From Schmidtea nova (lineage: Eukaryota): DNA of 64,000 bases. Both the position numbers and the translations under genes were made by a program. The stretch's first letter is position 1. Each line of letters starts with the position of its first letter. Positions 51,301-63,078 of the stretch are shown one piece after another. Below the pieces are notes generated by a model. It ran no database searches and was not told where the DNA came from. It worked only from the letters and a program-made list of their open reading frames with translations. The stretch is from NCBI GenBank assembly GCA_044892505.1, contig CM097882.1, positions 271,374,001 to 271,438,000 on the forward strand, given 5' to 3'.

Positions 51301-53093
51301 AATACATATTGGTATTTTGCGATTACTTGACGAAATGGCCGGAGGCTTATCCGATACCGAATCACAAGGCAGATACGATAGCCAGGATTTTCGTAGAGCA
51401 AATTGTTTTTAGGTATGGAGTACCTACAAAACTACTAACAGATAGAGGAGCAGATTTCATGAGTAATCTGTTAAAAGGAATAAATGATTATTTCGACATT
51501 TTAAAACTGAATACCTCTCCATACCATCCACAAACAGACGGATTGGTAGAGAGATTTAACGGAACGCTCGCAAATATGCTAGCATCATACGTAAATTCAG
51601 GGCAAACGGATTGGGATATACATATTCCATCATGCCTATTCGCATACAGAAATGCTGTTCATGAGGGTACGGGACAAACGCCGTTCTATCTCATGTATTT
51701 AAGGCAAAGTAAAATGCCTATAGACTTGTTGTTTTTCCCAAAAGCAACGCAGTATCTAGACCAAGAAGATTACCTCATGGAAATGAGAGAAAGAATGCAA
51801 GAAGCATGGACAAAAGCAGGTCTTAGTATAAAATTCAGTCAGGAAGCGTCGAAAGATTATCATGATAAGAAAGCCAAAGGACATGGCATGTTAGTTGGAG
51901 ATAAGGTGATGTTAGAAAGCCATTATAATAAAAAGGGCTTATCACCTAAATTAATGAGAAACTTCAAAGGACCGTATGAGGTTTTGAGAACCACAGACAC
52001 GAATTTAATCTTGCAATTAGTAGCAAATAGAAAAGCTGAACCAATAATGGTACATGCTAACAGATGCAAGAAAGTTGCGGTCACGGAGAAAGATCCGATT
52101 AAGAAAAAGGAGGATAAAGGGTCAGAACCAGTCTCAGACAGATATCCATTACGATCAAGAAGCGTGCCAAAATCAGTTACGTTTTTGGTAATAATAAGTT
52201 GCCTTATATCCTGTGTAAAGACATTTGTTCCAACAGCGGTACAAATTCAAGATCTCGCATTTAGAAGATCTTTCCAGGAATTTAGAATAATATCATTAGC
52301 TGAAAATGATACCAAATTCAAGTTCTCGTTTTGCGAACGACGTTGTTTCCATTTTACATTGGATTCAAACACAAGAGTGAAAGTCATAAAGGACTTACGA
52401 GCAGAAAAGGAATATTTATTAGATATACTTGTTCAACATTTTATGTTCGGACGATGGTCAGATTTTTCAAAGTCACAATGGAAGCTGAAGACAGCAGATT
52501 TCAAAAGGAAAGTTAGAATAAATATCCAACAAGGTATGATTACCTTCAGCCAACCAAAACAAGGAGTGGATAGAGTAAAGATAGAAATCCATTCCGACAA
52601 GGAAATAGTACAAGAATTGTGGCTAAATGAAGATATTGAGAAACAAAATCTCAAGTGGAACAGCTCAGTGGAGTGGGAAGCTCATATCACTTATATGAAT
52701 AATAAACAAAAGCCCGGAGTCGATGAATGGAATGAGGTATTTTATGAAGTAATCTCTTTGAAATTACCACAATCATCGACGACAACGAAATCGGTTACAT
52801 CAATTATACGGAAAGAAAGTTACGTCATTCATCCTGCAATATGGCAGAGATTGAAAGGATTGAAAATGGTAAAACCAACAGTATCAACAGAAAGCTATAT
52901 TAAAAGTTGTCAGTGTGAAATTAACGAAGTAAACCCCATTACTCACTTGGGAAAATTACCCGTTGGGGTATGGATTATTACGTCAGCAGTATTATCTATG
53001 ATCACTACATTAATAGCAATGGGGGTTTGGATGAAATTATTCTTCAGTCAGGCTATTGAGTCGGTTGATGGGATTATGATGACGAGATTATGA
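48357..53093 (+). pseudogene. pol (PR, dUTPase-like linker, RT, RNase H, integrase) plus in-frame C-terminal membrane protein; four lesions
   Basis: IDSGADGT, RLCNDYR, YIDD, TDAS, ELEAFAIV, YTDH, HHCC, DILGP/TDRG/VERFN and GPYEV. Lesions: TGA 48690, -1 nt near 49108, +1 nt near 50381, TAA 50478. Confidence 0.93.
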
Positions 53094-53207
53094 CAATTAC
53101 AGATAAAATCACATATTTGTATTTATATATATATTAAAATCTATAATCTTGTTGAGCTCCGAGTAGCATTAACTTACAGCATAAGTAGATCCCGTAAATC
53201 GAGATTT

Positions 53208-55268
53208 ATGCATTTCTTTTTAGCCAATATTGGCATATCAGTATATCTGATATTAACGTTAATTATTTTTCTTTCAGATATGAAGCATCAAGTGTCACAA
53301 TACAAGCAGCGTTACAGCACTATCGATGTGCAAACAATACAGAAGGAAAAACTGATTTATCGAAACATCGAAAAAGCGATATCCGCAGAAGCACGGAAAG
53401 GTCGTCGCTATTGGTATTACGGGCACTGCACCGGCATCCCGAACAATTTTAAGTTTCTTGGATCACCTAAGAGACAAATGTGCATAGTCACAATTACCAG
53501 CCGTGAGAACACCCGGTTGACTGAACACATGGCGGAATTTAACAGATCAACATTTACTCACCATCTCCTGATTCACGCGATCAATAAACCCTTTACAATC
53601 TTCATGGCAGGAGCCACAGGACCTATCCTACTTCAACCAGAATCAACTCTAGAAATTAGTAACGGAGATGGCAGAGAAAAGAATATCTCCATCCAATGTG
53701 AAGGATATAATACCATTGTGGTATTAGAGATTTTGGAACCCAGCAAGGCAGTGCAATCATTGTGGAAAAATGAACCTGCCTGGACCTATAATGTGAATGA
53801 GAACGATCTCAAATCATTCAAATCCTTTGTTCGGATGAATCTGCACCCCAATCAAGAAGATAGGTTGTCAATATTTATTGCAGCGCATTACGCAACTTTG
53901 CGAGATTATTTAAAGCCAGCTTTGGTGGCTGTTTCGATAGCAAACTACTGTGGTGATTTAATACTAAACACGGTGGTTACACCCAGAAACCAGGTCAAAC
54001 ATTACCAATCGCACGCGCATGGTATGACCGAAAAAGAAATCATCGGACAATTTGACGGAGAGGATTGCGCAGACCGTATTAGGAAATTATGTGATGGGAA
54101 AATCCTAATAGGTCTCCAAGTCAACGATTTCTTGGAAGCAGTCCAGTTACACCCTCAACGAGTTTTGGGAATTAGAGAACTAGGAGCAGCAAAATGCCTG
54201 GAAGCGAGAGAACTAAAGAAATGTAACGGACATTATCGACTCGCGTATTTATCAAAGTCAATTCTCGAAAAGGAAGAACTAAACCGTTCAGATCTGAAAA
54301 CGGAAAATGACGTGGAAACGACACGTAATATTTACCTTAAACTGAGAGAAGTTTGGGTAGATGACATCACCCCAGGTAATCGTAGTGGGACGATTACATC
54401 AGAAGTCAAAATGGTTCATACAATACAGCCACAAGAAACGAGTAAAAGGAAAGCTATTGAGAGCTTACCCCAGGAACAGCCATTATCAACCAAATTGCAA
54501 AAGATAGTTGAGGAAGAATCACTATCCCCTCCAGCTATATCCTTAGCTGATGAAGACGATTACGCCACCTGCGAAAGCGAGGGTGAGGAACAAACAGAGA
54601 TGCGTTTAACTTTACACGGAGACAGCCGTACAAAGATCGTGCCAGAAAATCCACCAAAGAAAGAGAACAAGCTCTTGGAAAAAGTTACTAAGACTTTTCA
54701 AAAATTGACTTCAGTAGAAAAGTCATTCCCAAAGAAAAGTCAAGAACCTGTTGTAAGGTTACAAGATCTAAAGATCAAGAAGAAAGTACCAAATCTCCTC
54801 TCGACGGAAGACAAAGATTTAATCGAAACAGCATTCGTTCCACCCGATATGGAACAGATTCCTGAGGTTAAGGGCGAACCTATCATTATAAGAGAAGGGG
54901 ATTTCGTTGGAACGGGAAACTCAGCAAAGATACCCCAGGATTTGGACAATGAAGACCCTAGTTTTTGGCAGCGACCAGAGAGAAATTGGGTACCTCGGAT
55001 AAAAGAATACGACGGGAAACCGGTACACCAATCATCAGTTTCAAACTTCCCTTACTATGGCGTATTGGAGGCCAACGGAAAATCATACGTGATTTCTTCT
55101 TTGGTATATAAGGAAGTTGAAACACGTGAAACATTGGTGGTCAGCTATAGACCAGATATAGTGGAAGATCGCATCAGGAACGAACAAGCGCATATTCGCA
55201 AGAGAGCAGCTCAAAACCTATTCGCGAAGGATAACAAGCATTGCTGCTACGTTCAATCCAAGGTCTAG
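53208..55268 (+). CDS. Accessory ORF3 with a degenerate DEDDh (REXO4/ISG20-like) exonuclease domain at about 53859-54356
   Basis: LVAVSIANYCGDLILNTVVTPRNQVKHYQSHAHGMTEKEI...KILIGLQVNDF...ENDVETTRNIY aligns by eye with REX4 ARVSIVN.G....D..VKP...V.DYRT.VSGI...ILVGH.L..D...EDA.....LY. Possible alternative start at ATG 53280 after TTTCAG. Confidence 0.75.
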   Translation: MHFFLANIGISVYLILTLIIFLSDMKHQVSQYKQRYSTIDVQTIQKEKLIYRNIEKAISAEARKGRRYWYYGHCTGIPNNFKFLGSPKRQMCIVTITSRENTRLTEHMAEFNRSTFTHHLLIHAINKPFTIFMAGATGPILLQPESTLEISNGDGREKNISIQCEGYNTIVVLEILEPSKAVQSLWKNEPAWTYNVNENDLKSFKSFVRMNLHPNQEDRLSIFIAAHYATLRDYLKPALVAVSIANYCGDLILNTVVTPRNQVKHYQSHAHGMTEKEIIGQFDGEDCADRIRKLCDGKILIGLQVNDFLEAVQLHPQRVLGIRELGAAKCLEARELKKCNGHYRLAYLSKSILEKEELNRSDLKTENDVETTRNIYLKLREVWVDDITPGNRSGTITSEVKMVHTIQPQETSKRKAIESLPQEQPLSTKLQKIVEEESLSPPAISLADEDDYATCESEGEEQTEMRLTLHGDSRTKIVPENPPKKENKLLEKVTKTFQKLTSVEKSFPKKSQEPVVRLQDLKIKKKVPNLLSTEDKDLIETAFVPPDMEQIPEVKGEPIIIREGDFVGTGNSAKIPQDLDNEDPSFWQRPERNWVPRIKEYDGKPVHQSSVSNFPYYGVLEANGKSYVISSLVYKEVETRETLVVSYRPDIVEDRIRNEQAHIRKRAAQNLFAKDNKHCCYVQSKV

Positions 55269-55550
55269 CAATAAGCTATGACAACTATCAATCAAACAAT
55301 TAGCATTTCGGCTATGTGATCAACAATCCAACTCTTACAGACAGTTATTATTTGATATCGATTGTGATCAACATTACTTATGTATTATGCGTTTTATGAG
55401 ACTCATTTGTTTTATGTGATTTATTTTAATTTTTATTGACCAGGTGCAGTCAATGTATATATATGCATGTGTTGTTATTTTATTTTTTATTTTATGGCTG
55501 CGTAACCTTCTTGTCTTTTCCGCTTTAATTTTCGGGACGAAAATCTTGTT

Positions 55551-55560
55551 AGGGGGAAGA
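55551..55560 (+). promoter_or_regulatory. Polypurine tract
   Basis: AGGGGGAAGA, 2 nt before the 3' LTR. Confidence 0.88.
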
Positions 55561-55562
55561 CA

Positions 55563-56624
55563 TGTTAGGGTTCGAGATCAAGGGATCTCGGGTTTTTGTA
55601 ATTAAATATTATAAGTAAATAAATAAATATAAATAGCAATTAAGAATTACTATAAATAAATAGATAAATAGTAATAGTAAATAAATAATTACTATAAATA
55701 AATATAGATTAAATATAGTAATAATTAAATAGTATATAATAAATATAGTAATAAATAAATACATGATAAATTTAAATAATAATAATAAGTTATATATAGT
55801 AATAATAAATTACTTTAAATAAAAATATAATAGATATTTTTAAAGGTCATGATTAGTATGACCATCACCGCTTTATTTTCAACGTAGTAGTAAACCTACT
55901 ATCGCTTAAAAAAATTATATATATACTGATTGCAAAATCAGTTGAGGAGAAAAATTAATTTTTGAGCAGAAGAATTACGAGAAGTTCAGAGCAGAACATA
56001 AGTGTTTACAGAATAGTGAATTTGAGAAGTTTAGTTCAAAGTTAAATTTGCGTGGAGAGAATAATTTTACAGAATTTCATTTGTGATAATTTTCCGAAAT
56101 TGGAATAATCTTTGAGCAAATTATTAGCTGGTAAATTTTCTAGTTTGTTTTAATTCTATAAATCGATCACGGGGAAATAGTTATATTACTATTTTTCCCC
56201 TTCAGTAAAGTCGTTAAATAATAAATTATTAGAAGGGAAATTATTAGGTCACAGTGACAACCATTTCTGGGTTGTCACTATCGCGATTAAACTACTGGGA
56301 ATCCCTCGTCTTTTGTCCTTTCATTTAGTCGGAGCTGTTGAGCCTTTTAGGTCCAGCTTTCGTTCTTAAACTCTGAGGACGGTTTGTATAACCGATTTTC
56401 TAACTTTTGCTTTGCAGCTATTTTATTATATTGTACATTGTTATACATATTTCACAATAAATTTTATTAAAACGAATTAGTTTTGTATTCTTTACACCCA
56501 ACCTAAAACATATATTTTATTTATAATTAATAAGCGGATTATCGTTTGGAGTCCGATAATCAAATTAAAGTTTTAAATATATATACTTTCTGTGTTCGTC
56601 GTAACCACTGATACGAATTGAACA
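55563..56624 (+). repeat. 3' LTR
   Basis: Direct repeat of 41668-42729, followed by TSD CTTA. Confidence 0.97.
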
Positions 56625-56752
56625 CTTACAGTCCCTCGGGAGTGTGCGAGATAGATTCTGACGAAGATTGTTCATCGATTTGTGCTGACGTTAATGTAAT
56701 TGTAGGATATGAAAAATATTAATTAATGTGTTCTTTATTATTCATTTATATA

Positions 56753-56759
<7 letters not shown>

Positions 56760-56804
<45 letters not shown>
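56760..56804. repeat. (TA)n microsatellite
   Basis: Visible directly in the sequence. Confidence 0.95.
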
Positions 56805-56811
<7 letters not shown>

Positions 56812-57020
56812 CGTAAAAATTTAAGTATGATAAAGACATTTAAGGAAGTGGTGAATTTGTCTAAAGAGAGTAAGAGTAAAGAGAGCTGGTAATTGCGAGT
56901 GATAAAGTATTGAGGAAAATATTGGTTTCCGTTGAGGGAAACACTAGTTAAATAGGACATTTGAGAGGAGAAGTGAGAGGATGGAGAAAGATTAAATTAC
57001 TTATAATTTTAAGATAACTC

Positions 57021-57329
57021 ATGACTAAAGAGAAAAAGAATATCGGGAAACTGAAGCGACGAATTATTGAGTTAGAAGAAAGTTACTTTGCGCTGTCAGA
57101 GATGAAAGTCGTAAGAAAAAAACTGCGAAGAGCTTTGAAAACAATCGAAGATCAACGCATCGAGTTGGAAGCGGCCAGAATCGAAACCATCAACTGTCGA
57201 CGAGTTATCACCAAGAACTTCGTAGCCGTGCAGCTAGCCGGCTTAATCCGGCTTAATCCTGTTTGTTTGGAAATAACTGATTTAATGACTGCAATTAGAC
57301 TAATATTCGTTGTAGACTTCGTAAATTGA
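57021..57329 (+). CDS. Hypothetical coiled-coil protein, 102 aa
   Basis: IGKLKRRIIELEES...KKLRRALKTIEDQRIELE, weakly resembling the ORFs at 17595 and 25180. Confidence 0.35.
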   Translation: MTKEKKNIGKLKRRIIELEESYFALSEMKVVRKKLRRALKTIEDQRIELEAARIETINCRRVITKNFVAVQLAGLIRLNPVCLEITDLMTAIRLIFVVDFVN

Positions 57330-58780
57330 TCCATTTAATTCCCGATTTGACGCAGAGGCTCATAAAATAAAACCGCGGACAATTTTTTGCACGAACTGAC
57401 AATTATTTCAATAATCTAAAAAAATATAACTATTTCAATGTAACAAATTATTTCAATAATTATTATGATATAAAATAAATCTACATGAAGTACAAACCAA
57501 TATAAATCAATATCAAGTAAAGATAATAAATACAGTTATTAGATATAGTAAAAGAATATACACCTCAAATGTTAAATGAATGTCATTAAAATAGAAAATA
57601 TATACTTTTATCAAATGAATGTGCACATTTAAAAGGTATATCAATTATCAAATAAATGTCAAAGTAATAATTTTGTTTGAATTGAATGGACCATATGTTG
57701 ATTGATTGAAGGGTTGTACTGATTGATTGTGTGGTTGTTCAAGAACTTTTCGAGAAAGATTATTACAAGGAAATAATTGTCTTTTGGTTAAATGGTGTTT
57801 ATGGTTGTTTGTTGAAGTTTAATTGTCGATTGCACAGATGAGTTCTGCATATATATTGATCTTTAATTTATTGAGACCTACGCTATAATTTTCTGATAGA
57901 AGTGTATTCATAGGTTAACCCTCGTTTTCTAACAATTTTTAAACATGTTTTACTTAACTTTTCTGATGGTGTTTCTCATTAGAGATTTCGCGCTCTCTAC
58001 ATGCTATGTTACCGCTTCAATAAAACAAACATCCATTAGGTTTAGTTTTTGCCCTAAAGTAAAAATCAAAATTTAAAAACCCATTCAGAAACAGATTTAA
58101 TTAATTATTAATTAAATAAATTTATAAAGATATAGTTATCAAGAAACCAGCTTTTGCGTATCTCATTGTTAAGTAAAATATTTAAACAAAACTATTTAAA
58201 TTCATTGAGAACATCAGGATTACATTTTTCTTTAAAATGGAGAATTATTGTTTAAATTACTCATAGAAGAAACTAATATTTAAAAATCTACTTTAATCAA
58301 TATATTTAACATTTTAATTTATGTGAATTAAGTAATCATTGTAATATTTTATATTATTTTTATTACTGTAATTTATTTTTTTAATAAAAGTTAATTTTAT
58401 CATCTAATGAAAACGTCAAATATTGGATCAACTAAAGAAGTAATTCTTTTCATAATTTTTAAATTTTTTTATCATTTAATTATCTTTATATTTTTTACGC
58501 AATCTAATTTTGGAATTTTACTTTACAATCATCAATTTTAATAGGTATTTTCTACACATATTTTTATTATAAACTACAAATAATTTATTTAAATAACAAA
58601 ATTAAATTTTTAGGCAAATTGTAAATTAAATAATATGATTTTTAAAGTTTTAAAGTCACGGTTGCCACGGTTCACCATCAATTTTAGAGACAAAGAAATG
58701 ATTCTTATTTTACTGTAAATTAGAATAATAATATAGAAATCAATTTTCCCAAATAAAATTTCCTAGTTTTATTTTGTTAA

Positions 58781-59083
58781 CCCTTGCGCTGCGGCGCGTG
58801 TTTAAGCCCTCTGGACCTTCTGTGCGGCGTTTTTTCAGGCGCGCGGATATGTACGTTTTGTATGATGTACGTTTCCCGCAGTCAGAGACAAAAACAATGA
58901 CTGCACGGAAATCTAGTTTTGACATGCATATAGCATTTTTATTTGTTATAACATAATTATAATGCAGCGTATGCGTTCGTTCTACGCAGTTAGTACTAAA
59001 ATTTTGCCTGCATATTAAACCTGTTCTAGCATACGAGCCACCAAAATATTTTACGGCTTCGTACGTTTCACGCAGCGAAAGGG
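58781..59083. mobile_element. piggyBac-type MITE, 303 bp
   Basis: TTAA TSD on both sides. TIRs CCCTTGCGCTGCG / CGCAGCGAAAGGG (12/13). Confidence 0.87.
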
Positions 59084-60425
59084 TTAAGTATATTAAACTC
59101 TCGACACACTAAATAAATGACCACTGGTTAACGAAATGATTAATATCTATTGCATCTTATCGAGTTTTATTCAATGATTTAAAAAAATTAATTATTTCCT
59201 CTTTGAATATTCTTTTGCCATTACAGTATATGGAAAAAACTATTCAATTGCTTGTTTTTTATTTTTCGTCGCATTGAAGTTGCTTGTAAATAATAAAAAT
59301 ACTTTTTAAGGTTTTCCTTGTAACCAGCGAAATTTTAAATGCCTATGATTGAGTATCAAAGCCATTATTAATTGTAAAGTGTTTCGACTTTTCCGTTTCA
59401 TGTTATTAGATCTACAATATCTATAAATTAATATAAAAAAATTTGTTATTATTATATTAATATATTTATTGTTTGACTTTTATATGAATAGTAACCAATT
59501 TTTTATTTTTTATATTTAATTAACCATTTTAGCGCTAATTATTTTTCGTCTAAAATCAATTTTTTATTTTAACGTTATCTGGTAATAAAATATTGAAGTT
59601 TAACACGATATTGTGTGATAATTCAGCAACACTAAACATTCCATAGTTTTATTTTGACACATGTTTTAATGATGATTAAACAACAGTATTTATTAAAAAA
59701 AATCATTAAAACTTAGTAATTTTTCATTCATTAGATTTTAGATAAATTTTTTACTATTTAACTCATATTTTTAGCAGTTTTTTTTCGAAGAACCTTAACA
59801 CATTGACGCACACTTTTTTTATCAAGCCGCTCCCAAAAACATTTAAATTAATATTTAGCGTTGGTATAGAATATTAAGAATTAGTTACAAGTTGAAAATT
59901 ATTACGCTTTAGCCGTCATTTGTTATGCACATCGCCAAAATTTGGACTGTTATAGATGTCATTACCGTTAACTTGTTAAATTTGTGTTGAATAGGAGAAA
60001 TTTTTCTTGATCTATTGTTTGGAAAAATTTAAGGTTTATCAACATTATTTATTAAAGTTAAAATTTCGTTTTAGTAATATTTTGATTTCATTTTCAAATT
60101 GAAACTCTTAATTAATAATAGTTATCCATAATCTGATAGAATTTTTAAAGTTTTTCAAAAAATTATATAATTCAAGTATCGCGTAGTCAATTATTATAAT
60201 AATATAAGTTTTATTTTTTAAATCCATTGTAACCAGTAGCGTATGAATAAATTTTTACTTCATCTGTCCGAGGAAAGACTAAAAATGTGTTGAAATTACT
60301 TTAAGGAAATTTTCACCTGGTGTACATTTTTAAAAATTCCTTGAATTCCTTGAATCCTGTATGCGCCAAAGATTCTAACACATTCGGTGTATTTTGATTA
60401 CTTATATATAACAATTAGTTAATTT

Positions 60426-61575
60426 GGATCAACCTTTTAATTTAATATTAATATTAATATTAATTAATATTTTAAAATTCATTAATATTTTGCAATATAA
60501 ATTAAAAAATCACATTTAAATATTATATTTAAAATCAAAGTTTAATTAAATTGAAGACCGCATTGAAAAAATCTGCTCTGTTATTAAAATAATAACAAAA
60601 TTCATTAAGAAAGTCCTGTCTTTTTTCTGTTAAAACACTTTTTCTTCGTTTGATTTCTAACTTTAATTCATTGTGGAATGATTCGATAGCTTGAGTGTTA
60701 ATTCCATTCCTTTTATTTATAAAGTCATACTTGTGGCAAACTGTGCTATGATAAAAACTGTATTCATCAAGATTGAAGTATGCTTTATGTTCATATGTCC
60801 ATATTACGCTATTATTGGCCACTTGATTACATATGATAGGCACTATTGTTCTTTCTTTCTTGTTTGGTATTGTTACTGCAAATGCTCTTTCAATATTATT
60901 ATTTACCTCCACAATACACAGTGAATCAGTTCTGTTACTAGGAGCCCGGCCACAATGACTTTTGACCTTATAATTAAGCTTGGTATCATCGATTTGTACT
61001 ATTTTTTCAGGCCCCCTAGTTTAGAATTGCTAAAATCAACTCTAGGTATTTTACTTTTTAACCTCTTTATTACCTTTTCAATTGTTGAATCAGAGGTATC
61101 TAATGCTAATTTGATACTAAAAATAAGCTGCCTTGTAGAATATTTTATAATTATTCTTAAAATCAAAGACATCTTAACAGTTAATCCATCAAAAAAAGAA
61201 CCTTTTCTCACCGATTCATAGACTTTGTACCTTTGACAAGCTGGTGTCATACACCTCCAAACAATTTTGTCTATAGATCTTTTACGATCTACCAATTTCA
61301 TAAAGGTATTACATGTACTGCACACATGTTCATTCTTCAAAAATGAGTTTGTCATCAAAAATAAAGCAAGATTTCTTTCGTCCAGTGTTATGCATATTCT
61401 TTCAAATTCATCAGGAGTCATTTAAAGTATTGAAAAATTGACTATTATTTTAATTAATATTAATGAATTAATATTACTTTTTATTTATTTTCGGGGGTTA
61501 AATTAAAAGGATGATTATTATGGGGGTTAAATTAAAAGGTTGATTATTATGGGGGATAAATTAAAAGGTTGATCC
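60426..61575 (-). mobile_element. Merlin (IS1016/ISXO2-like) DNA transposon, 1150 bp
   Basis: 19 bp perfect TIR GGATCAACCTTTTAATTTA, perfect 8 bp TSD GTTAATTT and tandem TIR-like subterminal repeats at 61495-61575. Confidence 0.93.
60535..61421 (-). pseudogene. Merlin transposase, frameshifted
   Basis: Zn ribbon (CSTC...WRC...C), KLGG, VQIDDT, IWTYEHKAY (catalytic D changed to Y) and NTQAIESFHNELK. 1 nt deletion near 61010. Confidence 0.9.
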
Positions 61576-61953
61576 GTTAATTTTCCAAAATATAAATGTT
61601 TTAACAGACTATAAATTACTATAATTACTAAATAATTTGTAAAAAATTATTTAGAAACATACTTTAAACGACTGAATCAATTCAACTATATTTCTCTATC
61701 AAAATCTATTTTTAATGTTATAATATTTGTAATTTTTAATTTATTAATAATTTTGATTAATTTATTATTTAAATACTTTGCAAATTAAACAATAAAAATT
61801 TTGACAATCATTTTGTTAAAAAAATCACATTATAATCTAAAATGAAATATAACCAATGTTGCTATGAAAACAGACAACAAAATGTGTTTAAGTTGATGGC
61901 AATAAATTTAAAATTTTTCATTTCACATCGGATTGTAGAAGAGTCACCACGAT

Positions 61954-63078
61954 ATGTATTATTCTGAATATCCTGAAAATTCAATAGAAGTTGTTTTTCA
62001 TTTAATTATATTTAATTTCATATTTTGCACATTTTCTTGTTAAAAATAATTATTTAAATTTATGCATAAAATTTTTTAAAGGATTTTGATGTATATGAAA
62101 TACTCGGTCGAGGAGGGTTTGCAAGAGTTTATCGGGCAAAATCTCTGAAAACCGACCAAGAAGTTGCCATTAAAATAGTATAGAATCATTTTTTTTATTG
62201 TTTTTAATATTGATTTTGCACTGAAAGATTGATAAAAAAATGATGCACCATCACGGAATGACTGCACGAGTGAGAAAAGAAGTGGAATTACATAGTCGCT
62301 TAAAGCATCCGTCAATTCTCGAAGTAGGATAGATTGTTGATACGTTTTCCCAAAATTTGATATCTATCTATATATATAGCTCTATACGTTCTTTGAAGAT
62401 GCAAATTATGTATATTTAGTATTGGAAATGTGTCACAATGGGGAATTACACAGGAGGATAAGAGAGAATGGCCCATTATCCGAAGATCAAGGTAATCAAT
62501 AAATTATCTATTGTGAAGCACACTGGTCATAATTGCTCTACAACTGAAATAAATATTTTGCAATAATATCAATAATAAATGGTAAATATTTAGCTAGAAA
62601 ATATCTAAAACAAATAATCGATGGATTGAAATATCTCCATTCCTATGACATTCTCCACAGAGATCTCACTCTGGCGAATCTATTGCTGACAAAGGATATG
62701 AAAATAAAAATCGCCGATTTCGGTTTGGCAACACAACTGGAAGCCGGAGTCGAGCATTTCACCATGTGCGGTACACCGAATTATATCTCTCCGGAAGTTG
62801 TAAGCCGATCGAAACAGGGCCTCGAAGCAGATGTCTGGAGTGTCGGTTGCATGCTGTACACAATGCTTGTCGGTAAAGCACCATTCGATACGAAAGAAAT
62901 CAAAGGCACTCTCAATCGGGTTCAGGCCGGCCGGTTTCATATACCCTCGAATATCAGTGACAAGGCAAAAGATTTGATTACCGGATTATTGCAAACGAAT
63001 CCCGACAAGAGACTGAATCTTCAGCAGTTGTCAATTCATGGGTTTATGCAAGCTGGTCATGTTCCGGATTTATTCCAG
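61954..63078 (+). CDS. PLK4: Polo-like kinase 4, kinase domain: join(61954-61989, 62082-62177, 62228-62323, 62380-62491, 62594-63078); continues 3'
   Basis: [84 protein letters not shown]. All exon phases join. Confidence 0.92.

Larger units (their letters stand above)
41668..56624 (+). mobile_element. Ty3/Gypsy (Metaviridae) LTR retrotransposon / endogenous virus, 14,957 bp, with gag-env-pol order and accessory ORFs
   Basis: Two 1062 bp TG...CA LTRs, 4 bp TSD CTTA, PBS, PPT and PR-RT-RH-IN domain order. Confidence 0.97.

Noticed and set aside
29347-62940. Antisense or shadow ORFs over the transposases, the LTR element and PLK4 (for example 29347, 32809, 43175, 46715, 50720, 60955, 62680)
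   Set aside because: They are explained as reverse-frame by-products of real coding sequence.
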